From positions 1 through 64,000 of the forward strand of contig JAAPAO010000022.1 in the NCBI GenBank assembly GCA_013115145.1: a stretch of DNA of 64,000 nucleotides, given 5' to 3'. A program made the position numbers and the translations under genes. The stretch comes from Perkinsus chesapeaki ATCC PRA-425 (lineage: Eukaryota; Protista; Perkinsozoa). This document shows, piece after piece, positions 11,445 to 23,218 of the stretch; the first letter of the stretch is position 1; every line of letters starts with the position of its first letter. The notes under the pieces were generated by a model. That model was not told the DNA's origin. It made no database searches and worked only from the letters and a program-made list of their open reading frames with translations.

Positions 11445-12974
11445 TCAGTAGCCAATGATGCGCCAGTAGCCGAACCCTATTGTGCAGAGAACGACAAAAT
11501 TGATAGCAAAGAATACAAGCCCCATCGTCCACCATTGCTTAAGACTGACATAGCCCAAAGCGAAATATCCTGGGTTCGTGGAAGAGGTATACGGGGCAAT
11601 GTGCCCAGCAAGGGTACAGAAAGCCAAAGCCCGGCAGGCCATTCCAGCTGGTACATTGGCCTTGATAGCAATCTCGAGTAGAGGCGTGAAAAGCGCTGAA
11701 ACATGCGCAGTGATCGATGCGAATCCATACTGTGTGATATAGAATATGAAACAAACCAATAATAAAGCTGCGAGAGGGCTTAGCGAACTCAGACTCCACA
11801 GCCCGGCCACCCAGGAGAAAAAACCCTTGGCCTTAAGCTGGGCCGAGAGCATCAGTAGAACGCCAAACCATATTAAAAGGTTGAAGGCGGCCTTGTCGGT
11901 GGCTATGTGCTCCTTGACGGAAATAACACCCAAGAAGAGTAAGACAGCAACGCCCATCCCGGCCACACCAGCAGCGCTTAGCGGTATAGTAGTTTTGAAG
12001 GTCGACGACAGGATCCAAAGAAGCACCACGCCAATAAATGTTGACAGCATGGCCTTTTCTTTGATACTCATTGGTCCCATTTCCTCTAGCTTCGTAGTAG
12101 CCATTTCAGCTGCCTCGGGCGTACTTTTAATTTCGGGTGGAAACACCAAGTAGACCACGATGGGTACCAACGCGAGCGGCACGAGACCTACTGGGAGGAG
12201 AGCAGTTGCCCAACCAACCCAGGATAGGTGTTCGCCTGCCACTTCTTCCATCAGTTGAACGGTCATAGCATTCCATGCACCGCCTGTCATCCAGCACGCA
12301 CCAGCAATAGCATTAGCAGTTATTTCGACCAATACAATGTACGTGCCAATACGACCTTGAGTACCAAACTCAGGATCAGACTGAAAAGCCTCTGTCATCA
12401 ACGGCTTCAGAATGGGCATTATAACACCCACAGCACGCGCGCTGACAGACGGTATGGCAATAGCAAGGAGCAGTTCACAGAAACATATACCATAGCCAAG
12501 CCCAATAGTGGTAGCACCCAGGTACTTCAAGACGATGAAGCAAAGACGTCTACCAAGTCCAGTGGCCACGAAACCACTTGATAAGAAGAACGCAAACATG
12601 ACCAACCATAGGGCTTCGTTGGCAAACCCGGAGAGCATCTCTGAAGTTGTCAGAACACCGGTAGCGGAGCAGATGCCCAGTGCTATGAGGCACATTGCCG
12701 ATATTGGCAGAGGTTCGACTATCGCACCAACTATGGTGAAAACGAATAGAGCGAACAAATGCCATGCCTCCGTAGAGAGCCCAGAAGGAGAAGGCACATT
12801 CCAGAGGAGTAGAAAAACGACTAATACACCAGCGAATAGCAGAAGGTTTGCTCCCGGCCAAACGTGCTGATGCCAGTGCCAAACGCGACGCAAGACTCCA
12901 GCGGAGGGAGGGCGCTCCACAGTTCGCGCCTGAGAGTGAATGAAGGGCTCGTTAACTGATCCTTTCAAAGTCAT
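11445..12974 (-). CDS. DASS/DiT-like dicarboxylate transporter, copy 6
   Basis: 509 aa ORF; AIPSVSARAVG closely matches the plant DiT1 motif AIPSVSARAGG. Confidence 0.92.
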   Translation of the reverse strand: MTLKGSVNEPFIHSQARTVERPPSAGVLRRVWHWHQHVWPGANLLLFAGVLVVFLLLWNVPSPSGLSTEAWHLFALFVFTIVGAIVEPLPISAMCLIALGICSATGVLTTSEMLSGFANEALWLVMFAFFLSSGFVATGLGRRLCFIVLKYLGATTIGLGYGICFCELLLAIAIPSVSARAVGVIMPILKPLMTEAFQSDPEFGTQGRIGTYIVLVEITANAIAGACWMTGGAWNAMTVQLMEEVAGEHLSWVGWATALLPVGLVPLALVPIVVYLVFPPEIKSTPEAAEMATTKLEEMGPMSIKEKAMLSTFIGVVLLWILSSTFKTTIPLSAAGVAGMGVAVLLFLGVISVKEHIATDKAAFNLLIWFGVLLMLSAQLKAKGFFSWVAGLWSLSSLSPLAALLLVCFIFYITQYGFASITAHVSALFTPLLEIAIKANVPAGMACRALAFCTLAGHIAPYTSSTNPGYFALGYVSLKQWWTMGLVFFAINFVVLCTIGFGYWRIIGY

Positions 12975-13787
12975 GGTCGTTGGATGAGAAACAGCTGAAA
13001 GTAGAAGTAGGATGACTGGGTGCTAGCGCTGCGTGCTGAAGCACCCACAACGCGTGGCTCTTGGATGATAGCTGGATTGAAGCCCCTCTGTAGGAATCTA
13101 CGCATTATTCGGTCGTCAATTCGATAATATTGTATACTGTGTTTTCTATGAGAATGTGTCAGTTGCCGACTTGACTGCCTCAGTAAATCGATAGATGTTT
13201 ACCATATAGTGACGTCATTTCACACACATTCGAAATATCGACAGTTGTTGCCATTAAAAATAATTCTGTGTGTTGTAACAAAAACCATACAGCTAGGCAG
13301 CGTAGATGACATAATCTCTAATTCGTTGGCCGTTTACGACCTTCGCGCCAACGCCGTTCAATGCGGCGAACCCGCGAGCCTTGTGCGACCTCTCTCGTAC
13401 TACGACATTAGCACTAGCTCGGGGTGTTCTGGCGGTTGGACGAGAACTATAATACGGAAGATATTCAAACGATAGTCTCTTAGGCCTGGTCACTGCCTGT
13501 TAAAGTGCGCGTCTGTATACTCAAGACCAATTGGTCAACTCGACAGGATCTGCAATTACTCGACAGCGTGAAGCTGTCGAGTAAAACGTGAGAAATAAAT
13601 GATTAATAAGAAGAGAAATACGTGATTCCGTGGACTCGGACTTCTGCAGACCTAGTCTCACTGAGCACACGCACACACCGAGTGGTGCCATCAACAAAGG
13701 ACTGAATAAAAGCGATGTAGGCAGCATCGCTATAGAAAGTACAGCATAGCCGCATCATGGACATTTGGACAACGCCAAGGATTCGGA

Positions 13788-15365
13788 TCATCGCCAATAG
13801 CCAAGCAACCACCAATAACCAAAACCAACAGAGATAAGTAAAATGAAGTTCACGGCCATCACCGCGACACCGACCAACCACCATCGTTTCGATGATACGT
13901 AGCCAAGGCCATAATATGACGGATTCGACGTGCAACTATATGGGGTTATGTGTCCAGCCCAAGTGCAAACGGCTAATGCACGAGCAGCGACTTCAACGGG
14001 AACACCTGCTGCGGAGCTAATCTGAAGACAAGCGGGGAAGAGGGCAGCGACTCTGGCAGTTATTGAAGCGCAAGCATACTGGGACAACGTGAATAAAAGA
14101 CAGATGATGACAAGACAGGGATAAGGCGATAACGAATGCAGATCTATTCTCTGCGATAGCCATTTCCAAAATCCGGCCTCTTTCAGTTGATCAGCGTACA
14201 TAATGAGGATCGAGAACCACAGTAATAAATCAAATGCACTTTTGTCCGTTATGATATCTCTCTTGACATCGATAACCCCAAGAATGAGCAATGTTGCAAC
14301 CCCGAACATAGCCACCTCAGTAGTGGTAAACGGGAAGATATTATTGAGAGAAGACGATAAAATCCATAGAAGAATAACCAGAATGAAGACCACCAAAAGG
14401 GCCTTCTCTGACAAGCTCATCCGACCAAGCTGGCGAAGCTTGTCACTGGCGACCACAGGTGCCTCAGGAGTTCGCACTATCTCTGGACGACAGAGGACAA
14501 AGATGAAGAGCGGCATTATTGCCACAGCGACTATTATAATAGGAGTTATTGAATACGCCCAGCCGAGCCAAGTCAGGTCCACTCCGACGTCGGACATGAA
14601 TTGGACCATTAGGGCGTTCCAAGCTCCAGCAGTTAACCAAGATACTCCTGTGATAGAGCCTGAAGCATTCTGCACCATAACGACATAGACACCTATGCGC
14701 TTCTCGGTCCTCATAGCAGGATCTGACTGGAAGGCCTCTTTAAGAAGTGGCTCGATAATAGGCAAAAGTATTCCAACGGATTTGGCTGTTGCCGATGGGA
14801 TACCAAGGCCCAATATCACCGAACATAGACAGATGCCATAGGCCAGGCCAATGGTCGAGGACCCCAAATACTTGAATACAATAAAGCAAATGCGTCTACC
14901 AAGCCCGGTAGCAAGAAAAGCGGACGATATAAAAAAGGCAAATATGACCAACCAAACCGCCGAGTCCGCGAAGCCTAGAAGAATCTGTCTTTCAGAGAGC
15001 GCGCCCGTCAGCGCGGCTACAGCAATGCTGACCAAGGATACCCCACTGAGGGGCAGTGGTTCAAGAATAGCACCAACTATAGTACAGAGGAATATCACGA
15101 AGATATGCCATGCGGTAGAACTGAGCCCTGGGGGGACAAGCCACCAAAGAATAAGGCCAAGCAGGATGATGGCCACCGTGGCAGGAATTTTGGTGCCGGG
15201 CCAGATGTTCCTATGCCAATAAAGCATACGTTGCCAAAGGCTCATTTTTGGCATACTGGTCATGATGTGCGCATCGCTGTTCGAGGTACTTTCGTCCTTG
15301 TCAGGGTCAATAGCGAAAACACTCGAAACAGCAGGGGGAGAGTTGCCCACAGCGATATGAGGCAT
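13788..15365 (-). CDS. DASS/DiT-like transporter, copy 7 (divergent substrate motifs)
   Basis: ORF colinear with other copies; motifs read IPSATAKSVG and CASITARVAA; likely ATG at 15365. Confidence 0.9.
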   Translation of the reverse strand: MPHIAVGNSPPAVSSVFAIDPDKDESTSNSDAHIMTSMPKMSLWQRMLYWHRNIWPGTKIPATVAIILLGLILWWLVPPGLSSTAWHIFVIFLCTIVGAILEPLPLSGVSLVSIAVAALTGALSERQILLGFADSAVWLVIFAFFISSAFLATGLGRRICFIVFKYLGSSTIGLAYGICLCSVILGLGIPSATAKSVGILLPIIEPLLKEAFQSDPAMRTEKRIGVYVVMVQNASGSITGVSWLTAGAWNALMVQFMSDVGVDLTWLGWAYSITPIIIVAVAIMPLFIFVLCRPEIVRTPEAPVVASDKLRQLGRMSLSEKALLVVFILVILLWILSSSLNNIFPFTTTEVAMFGVATLLILGVIDVKRDIITDKSAFDLLLWFSILIMYADQLKEAGFWKWLSQRIDLHSLSPYPCLVIICLLFTLSQYACASITARVAALFPACLQISSAAGVPVEVAARALAVCTWAGHITPYSCTSNPSYYGLGYVSSKRWWLVGVAVMAVNFILLISVGFGYWWLLGYWR

Positions 15366-15560
15366 GGTAAAGGGGGACACTATTGGATAAAACAGTTACC
15401 GACGAAACAGCTGCACTGGCTTATCTCTCGCTACTCACCCAACCTCGCAGGGCTTTGAATGAGCTCACTGAACAAAACACGCAATTGATATAGTGACAAT
15501 ATCCATCTGCAGCAAATCGACCAGACGAGTGGCCTGAAGACCTCCAGTCAGTCTGAGAAC

Positions 15561-17141
15561 TCAGTTCTTCCAATAACCTAATATCCACCAATAACCAAAC
15601 CCTACAGACATCAACAATGCCATATTAACCACAAAGAGTATAACGCCCATAAGCCACCATTCCCCGGTCTTAACGTAGCCCATGGCAAAGTAAGGTGGGT
15701 TAGATGATGACGTGTACGGGGTAAGATGACCAGATAGTGTGGTATAGGCTAAAGCTCGGCATCCCATCTCCATAGGTACACCTGCTTGCTGCATAATAGA
15801 CAGGAAAACAGGGAACAACGCTGACACATGAGCGGTGATAGAAGCAAAGGCATATTGGGTTGCATAGAATATAAAGGTGATAAGAATGGTAACAGGGACT
15901 GGTGACATCCCAGACAAGTTGATAAGAGACGCGAACCAGTCAAAGAAACCCTTTTCCTTGAGTTGGGTAGCCAGCATCAATAACACACCGAACCATATAA
16001 GCAGATCAAATGCTCCCTGATTGCTGACGATATCGTCCTTGACATTAATAATACCCAAGAACAGCAGGCAGGCTACTCCTATAGAAGCTACGTCCGTTGT
16101 CGAGAATGGAAATATATTCTTCAGCATCGAAGACAATATCCACAGCAGAACAACGACGACGAAGACTATCATCATTTGGATTTCTCTCGGGCTGATCGGT
16201 CCCATCTCCTTCAGCTTGTTTTCGGCAATGCTGCGCGCCTCTGGTGTCTTCTTGATCTCTGGTGGGAATACTAGAAAGATGACCAAGGGCGCGACAGCCA
16301 AGGGAAAGATGCCCACCGGGACCATACTGTAGGCCCACTCGACCCAGCCGACATTCACACCAACGTGTTGCATAAACTGAGCCATGAGAGCATTCCACGC
16401 TCCACCGGTCAGCCAGCTTATCGACGAGGTAGCATTAGCCGTAATCTCAACTAGGATAAGATATTTCCCTATAAGCTTCTCCGTTCCCTGCTTCGGGGTG
16501 GAGCTGAAGCCCTCCTCCAGAAGCGGCTGGATAATAGGCAGCATAATACCAGCCGCTCGAGCGGTTGATGATGGTATAGCGATGGCCAGGATGAACTCGC
16601 AAAGGCAGAAGCCGTAGGCGAGACCAAGAGTGGTAGTTCCGACCAGCTTCAATACGTAAAAGCAAATCCGCTTGCCTAAGCCGGTGGAGACGAAACCACT
16701 AGAGATGAAGAAGGCGAAGACTATGAGCCATACCGTATCGTTGCCGAAGCCCGAGAGCATCTCCTGAGTAGTTAGAGTTTGAGTCAGCGCAATTATGGCC
16801 AACATCACCAGGCATACACCAGACATAGGCAACGGCTCCATAATTGCTCCCAAGATAGTGACCAAGAAGAGCACAAAGACGTGCCAAGTCTGAGCAGCCA
16901 GACCCGATGGAACCACCCACCAGAGCGCCAGGGTGACAATGACCAGGAGAAGGCTCTCGAAGAGGTTAGCGCCGCGCCACTGTGTTTTATGCCAATACCA
17001 CATCTTCTGAAACATATTCTTCTTCTTAGGTATGCCAGTCTCTGGTGCTGGCAAGGCGTCAACATCGATAGTGGACATAGACCTTCCACCAGAGGGCCTT
17101 CGATCTTCACTTATAGTAGCTGAGGGGCGACGGACGGCCAT
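15561..17141 (-). CDS. DASS/DiT-like dicarboxylate transporter, copy 8
   Basis: ORF with AIPSSTARAAG and FASITAH; likely ATG at 17141 (MAVRRPS). Confidence 0.92.
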   Translation of the reverse strand: MAVRRPSATISEDRRPSGGRSMSTIDVDALPAPETGIPKKKNMFQKMWYWHKTQWRGANLFESLLLVIVTLALWWVVPSGLAAQTWHVFVLFLVTILGAIMEPLPMSGVCLVMLAIIALTQTLTTQEMLSGFGNDTVWLIVFAFFISSGFVSTGLGKRICFYVLKLVGTTTLGLAYGFCLCEFILAIAIPSSTARAAGIMLPIIQPLLEEGFSSTPKQGTEKLIGKYLILVEITANATSSISWLTGGAWNALMAQFMQHVGVNVGWVEWAYSMVPVGIFPLAVAPLVIFLVFPPEIKKTPEARSIAENKLKEMGPISPREIQMMIVFVVVVLLWILSSMLKNIFPFSTTDVASIGVACLLFLGIINVKDDIVSNQGAFDLLIWFGVLLMLATQLKEKGFFDWFASLINLSGMSPVPVTILITFIFYATQYAFASITAHVSALFPVFLSIMQQAGVPMEMGCRALAYTTLSGHLTPYTSSSNPPYFAMGYVKTGEWWLMGVILFVVNMALLMSVGFGYWWILGYWKN

Positions 17142-17251
17142 TCCGCAGTTCAACGCTGCACTCCCAAACTTTAACGAATTGAGGCACAACAACAATACCA
17201 ACAGGAAACAGTACATGCAGTTGGTAAATTGGCGAATGGTACAAAGTATCT

Positions 17252-20200
17252 TCAGCTGTCTCCATTCAACAGCGGAATAGCCGAGCTCCTATGAGCACCG
17301 TCTCGGGCCGAGACGAGAGCCGCGCCCTTGCCTTGAAGGAACCGTATCAATGATGTCTCGATGCTGCGGGCCTCTCCTCGCCCTCTGGCCAAGATGCAGT
17401 CAACACCAGAGATAGCATATTCCTCTTCAAACCGCTTACGGTGCTGCTCTAAACGCTGCGATAAGTTCTCAGTTTCTCCAACGTAATATCGTCGACCACA
17501 GCTGCTCCGGATTGGGGATAGCTCTAGCACGTACACAACCGGACTGGCCTGATACAGTGGCGGTGGCATCGACTCTGGCGTGGTGAGGTGCAACAGGCTT
17601 TCCAAATGTCCTTGGCTAGACACTGCCAGTATCGCCGCCTCCAGGTCTATATCCGGTTCATCGTCAGCAGGCAAAGGCGACCAGCGCCGGTCCATGTCCT
17701 CACCCTCGAGAGCCCCTCGGAGCTGCATTGCCCTATGGACCATAGCAGCCGGCAAACTAGCCTTACTAGCCGTAAAGATGCCCATAGAGTTGCTGCAGAT
17801 CCCGGGCTCTATCTTATACGTTAGTCTCCGAGACGGACAAGGATCGCCGTCCCCGGCCGGCACCTCCTCAACTCGCATCCTCCACTTTGCTATCGACCCT
17901 CGGATTTCCTCCGACAAAACCCGTAGAACTTCAATCTGCAGATGGGTAGCCCACAAGCACGCCACACCGTCCGTGACGAACCTCTCCAACTGACTAGCAG
18001 TCAGAGCTGCCCCGTCCAGAGGAGATGTCGCGCGCCCAAATTCATCAACCAAAACCAACGCCTTCGATCCCGGCCTCGAGGAGTCTCTGTCCACCACCTT
18101 CAACGTAGCGCACTCCAACGCATGAGCACTGAGTTGGTCCGAAGGCCGATCCCCTCGCGGAAACATGACAAGCAGATCCGTCAACCTACTCATGCTGCTT
18201 CCCTCCCCACACGGTGAAAAAAGCCCAGTGTTGGCCGTCAACGCCGCCGCACACACACTCCTCAGGAAGGTACTTTTGCCTGACTCATTGCACCCTGTCA
18301 AAAGTGCAAGCGACCGCCTAGCCAAGCTGAAGTCGTTAAGCCTTGCAGTGCCCCTCGGCGGCCCCTCCATCCAGTACGGTTTGAGGCCCTTAAGCTCCAT
18401 CTCTACTCCATCATCACCTTCAATCAGATCCGCCATGTTCCATCCTCGCCGCAGTGAGTTCTCTGTGTGAAGATACCCAAAGGTCAGCACCACGCACCAG
18501 TGAGACGCTGCTATCAGCGCTCCCAGTCTCCCCGACAACTCTCCACAAAGATCTCGGAGCATCTTTCGTGACCGTGACGCCGCCCTATCGCACGCCGCAA
18601 CATATTTCACCGCTGCCGACTCCACGCCTTTGGTAGTCCAGTACTTAGACGCTGCTTCGCTCCGCCCTCTTCCCCTACCAATTTTAGGATGATAAAATGC
18701 AGCCGCCCCCCTTCCCCCCTCCCATGGCCGTCGCCGCAGCGCTACGGTATTGCGAGCGCTCTCGAACACAGCAGAACTCGCAGCGGCCTCCAACGGCCAC
18801 TCGCTAGCCATGGCCCCCAGCAGACCTTCTCGGGCCTCCTCAACCTCTGTACAGTCAACCTTCACTGCGCCCATAAATCCGCCTTCATTTCGCTGGATGA
18901 TTCCTTCCGGTAACACCGAGGCGTCTCCCCCCGCCGGCCCCTCTTCACCGTCAACAAACAGCACTTTCCGAATGGCCCCGATAGAGTCCACGCAGCCTTG
19001 CCTCATGCTGCCAATATCACACCCGCTCTCCGCAGCCACGATACGGCTTACGGCGGCCACGACCTCCGGCTCATCTGCCAGCAAAATATCATAGGACTTC
19101 ACCACAGCCGTGCAACAGTCGTAGACATCTCGAAGCGAGGATACGTTAGCCGTGCCGCTTTGAAGGTATTGGACCTGATAGGAAATCTTACTCCCAAGTG
19201 AGTAGCTTATGTGACTGTCGAGGGTCGCGAAAGCTCCCGAATACTTCCACTCGTAGGCCACCCTATATAGAGCAATGACACTACAAGCTGGTCACTCCTG
19301 GAAGCCACTGCAGTATGAATAGTTGTCCCAAGACACTACAGCATGGAAGTGAAAAGCTAAAGCAATGAGGATGCCAAGTGTACAAGGGGCGCCTTGCTAC
19401 AACCTCGAGACACACAGAATTACACGGCAAATGACCAGAAAATGAATGATCGCCACTCAACAGTGTAAAAACACAACGGTATAAAGGATGGCATTCCAAT
19501 TTGAGGTCCCAATACCCTTTCCTTTCCCCTTTAGTAGTACCATCCTTGCCACATTAGTCGGCTTAAGCTGCGGCAGTGGCCTCCTCATAGTCCTCAGGAA
19601 CAACAATAGATATCTCATATCGTCAACATACACCCCAGCTGGCGGCCTCAGCAACCATCTGCGAGCGAACCGAAGTGTGTGGGCCGGAGCCGTGGAGGGG
19701 AGGAGACTGTGTATCTGACAAGAGTCCAATCAGTAGGGGCGTAGAACGCTCATCATTCCTCTATGTAGTCTATCTCAGTGAAACAGAAGAGAGCTCTTGA
19801 ATTATTCATTTTATGGCCACTAATGCCAATGCCAAATGGAGTGGTAAAATGTTTCCGGGCACTGAGGTTTCAACACAGCGGAGGAGGATACAAGCTACTA
19901 TGCAAGGTGCCGTCAAGCGAACTAAAACTGGCAAGGTGAAAATGACCGATAAATAGAGAGCCTCACGACACTGATGACTACTGATGCTTCGGTGAGAAGC
20001 AAAGACCACGAAGACCCCGAATCTCCGACTCTCCCAACAGAGCAACTTCTATTTCAAAAAGCCTGATCTAGGTCTGAGGCTCTACTCTAGCGCATAGTTG
20101 CTTACTAAACCGTCATTGGTACAACAAAATGCGAGTACTACCAGATTTGGCACTCCTCCACCAGCATCCACGCTGCCTCTCCCAAATGGATCACTATTAT

Positions 20201-21658
20201 CTCTAACTTGTCTATCTCCAGTAGATATACCAATACAATTAGCAGCATCAGCATAGGGTGGAGCCAGCCCCCCACAGGCGGCCTTCACCCCTCCGGACGC
20301 CCTACCAGTACCCTCTACTGCTCTGAACTCCAGCTCTCTCGCCGAGCCTTCCGAAGGCAATGCAGCTTCCTCAGCAACCTTCTGCAACAACACCTCCAGG
20401 AAGGACTCTTGGCTCTGCTGGGGCTCTAGAGATTCAAGAGATACTGTGAAAGCCGATGCCAACGGTAACTGAGCAAAAGAATGAGACCGTTTGAGTGTCC
20501 CAGGACGACACAATCCTATTGTCCCGTTCCTAGTAGCCCTCAGTGAGCCCTCACCTGCTCACTTTCAGCAGCCTCTACTGGGAGCCAGTCAAGTTGCGCT
20601 GTACTGAGCTCGGGTGGCACCATAACCGGTAGAGCTGTCGCCTTATACCACGCTGATGCCTCCGCCAACAAGCCCATTACCCCCTCTGGAGTCAACCCGC
20701 TGCTTAGACAGTACTCTCGTGACTCCAACCATACCTGAAGAAGCCCTCGTTGTTCTTTATAGGTTCGGAATATCTGCCGCTTGAGCACCGTCATTTCTTA
20801 ACCGATTCGCTCTCGAGGATGCCCTCTTCTATGCTATAAATGCAATCAATGGCTGCTCTTCAATGCTTGCAAGAAAGCCACAGCAACCTTCTGACACTTA
20901 CTCGAAGCACTTTCGTCTACCATTACTAGATTATGTTTATCCCAACACCATCCTACCTGTACAAGAGTATATGTCTCTGTGCCCTCCATCAGGTCTCGAT
21001 AAAGCCCAACTCTAGGAGCGGCTGGACGCTCCTCATCACTAAGAACGGCCACTATACGTACTTCTCGGCACGAATGTTTGAAGAAGCAAGTTTCAGCCAG
21101 CAACTGCGACCTTTCCCCTTCAATGCTCCTACCGGATAGACAGGTCTTCGCTGTTGGCCAAAGTGCTCTGGGCGGCCACACCTCCACTGATGTAATTGGG
21201 ATTCGCTGGAGACACCAATTGGGAGAGGTACCTGCAGATATTCTAGCGGAGCGAAGCATTTCCCGAATACACGTTTTACCTCTGCTTGCCCTTCCTCTTC
21301 CTTTCCGGTCCCTTTGTGAAATCAGATTCATTAGCCTCTTCATAAACTGCAGCCGAGAAGCCTTTTTCCGTTAAGGAATCAAGAACCATCTGTAGTTGAT
21401 CTTTCCTACCAATGAAGTTACTTACCATTCCACTCTCCCAGTGTCCTACCGGCAACCTGCTCTGGGCCGACCTGCCATAGGGTTGAGCCCACAGTAGTTG
21501 ACAAGCATCACAGCATCGACCCCATAGGTCTCGTAGAAGTCGCCACACCGTACCAGCTGGACCTATTAAAGAAACAAAGTTACCGAGACACGCAAACTAG
21601 GAGGAATTCCGAGGTCCAGTAACGCAAGCGACGATATCACCATTAACAAAGATGTCAT
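17252..21658 (-). CDS. MSH1: Plant-type MutS homolog 1 (MutS domains + C-terminal GIY-YIG endonuclease), multi-exon
   Basis: Exon near 21450-21562 encodes VQLVRCGDFYETYGVDAVMLVNYCGLNPMAGRPRAGC (MSH1 domain I, FXE motif); 21276-21380 encodes QLQMVLDSLTEKGFSAAVYEE; large exon 17252-19250 has LKPYW, Walker A-like LTGCNESGKS, Walker B LVLVDEFGRAT, WATHL, and GIY-YIG VYVLE...YYVGETENLSQRLEQHR. 5' start is tentative. Confidence 0.88.
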
Positions 21659-21699
21659 TCACAGCGTCCTCTATTCCAAGTGCCTGCTGAATTTTCAGA

Positions 21700-22660
21700 A
21701 CTCGGCGTCAAGCACACCGAAAGGTTTGGAGAAACAACTAAACACGAGACGCGAACAATCGCCCAATCATCGAGAGGCTTGGTTGCTAGCTTTCATGGTT
21801 CGAGAGTAAGTCGGTGGCACGAGGCAATATCCCTGCATGTCAATACCAATCTCACGTGACGCTTCGGTTCCAGGTTGGATCTCGACTCTGAAGTCCCCTT
21901 GATAAACTTTCAAAGCATTATGGGCGTTCTTTGTGTAACCGACAGCGATGCGGCGAGCTGTTATATTCACATCGTCAAGCAGGTCGTCTATCGCCCATAA
22001 CATAGGGAAAACACTCGAGTTTAGGTGCCGAAGAAGCTTAGATTCTAGGCCTTAGAAGACGTGACATGGCAGGCGCCTTTTGAATCCAGGTGCCTCTTGG
22101 GATCATCTTGCGATCTACCAGAGCCGCTAAGGGTCTCTCATGATCAGGGTCTCATCATGACTCACGCGGACTACACTAACGTGAGACAGGAAGTTCGGAG
22201 ATCGCTTTGGGGTCGTTCCGACTCGGAACTTCCGAGATATGATGGCGTTCTCCGAAAGAATTCGTGACGGATTATCCGTCAATGAACGTATCACTGCAGT
22301 CTGCCGTATCCTCGGTGTTTGTGTTGGGGTGTACCCTACGATTTCCCTTATCCCGCATACGCCAGGAGAAATCCGGGTGAGAACTAAATCTATACCCCAT
22401 AACCTAATCACAAGGGCCTTCTGCTTTAGTTACAACTCCGCCCAATAGTTGTGTCCCTTCTTGACGAACCTGACTGGTTACTTGGTGTACTCCTCGGTGT
22501 AATGTGAGTGAAGCATACACCGACATAGTTCCGCTTGATAGAAATCTCGTGGGTCGTTAACATCCATGTGGTGATGGGTTACCACCGACAGCTGAGACGT
22601 ACCCAGCACCAGTCGAGCTGATCCTAAGATCCATGGAATCCACATTCTCTGGGATGTGAC
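21700..22660 (-). CDS. Hypothetical multi-exon protein
   Basis: ORF pieces 22127-22411 and 21767-22003 plus an upstream exon near 22460-22650 with plausible GT-AG junctions; no family recognised. Confidence 0.3.
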
Positions 22661-23218
22661 AAACCATATATACTAAAAACCATAGAGTAAGTCATTCCCA
22701 AATCCTTTTATAATTTTTCAAGCAGAAATAAATTCGATACAACCTCTACTTCATGTTTATTCCTGCCAGCTCCGCCAATACTACTGATTCCGGTCGCATC
22801 CTTTTTCCTTCTAAGGTAAACTCCAACAGAGATCCATTCCCTCCTGTCCGCCTAGTAGTCGGCGGCGTATATCCAAGCTCATTAGCCTCCAATGAGAGCA
22901 TTGGTATCTGTACTATTATTCTCATTCAGCCAGTAACCATCACAATCCTACCAATTGAAGTGCCGATGGCCTTTGCATTCTCGTGAGCCATCTTCTACAC
23001 GCCCCAGCAACCCCCACTGAAGATGATGATGCCACAGAGCTAAAAAGCCTCTGGCCACTAGGGCCCACCAGACCGACCCAAAACATCCCTGTAACACCTT
23101 AACCAAACCTGTACACCTAAGTGTCTCACTAAACCAAACACAGACAACTGTTCCACATCAAAGTAACATTCATGCTCTCGTCCAGCCCTATGGTAACCAT
23201 CTTCATTCCCAGCATGGC

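Noticed and set aside
465-17123. Many plus-strand and alternate-frame ORFs over the DASS array (e.g. 465-1007, 2879-3238, 10557-10952)
   Set aside because: Antisense shadows of the transporter genes; they recur in each copy only because the sense genes are paralogous.
17252-17500. Free-standing GIY-YIG homing endonuclease or mobile element
   Set aside because: It is in frame with the MutS ATPase domain as in MSH1; no intron or element boundaries.
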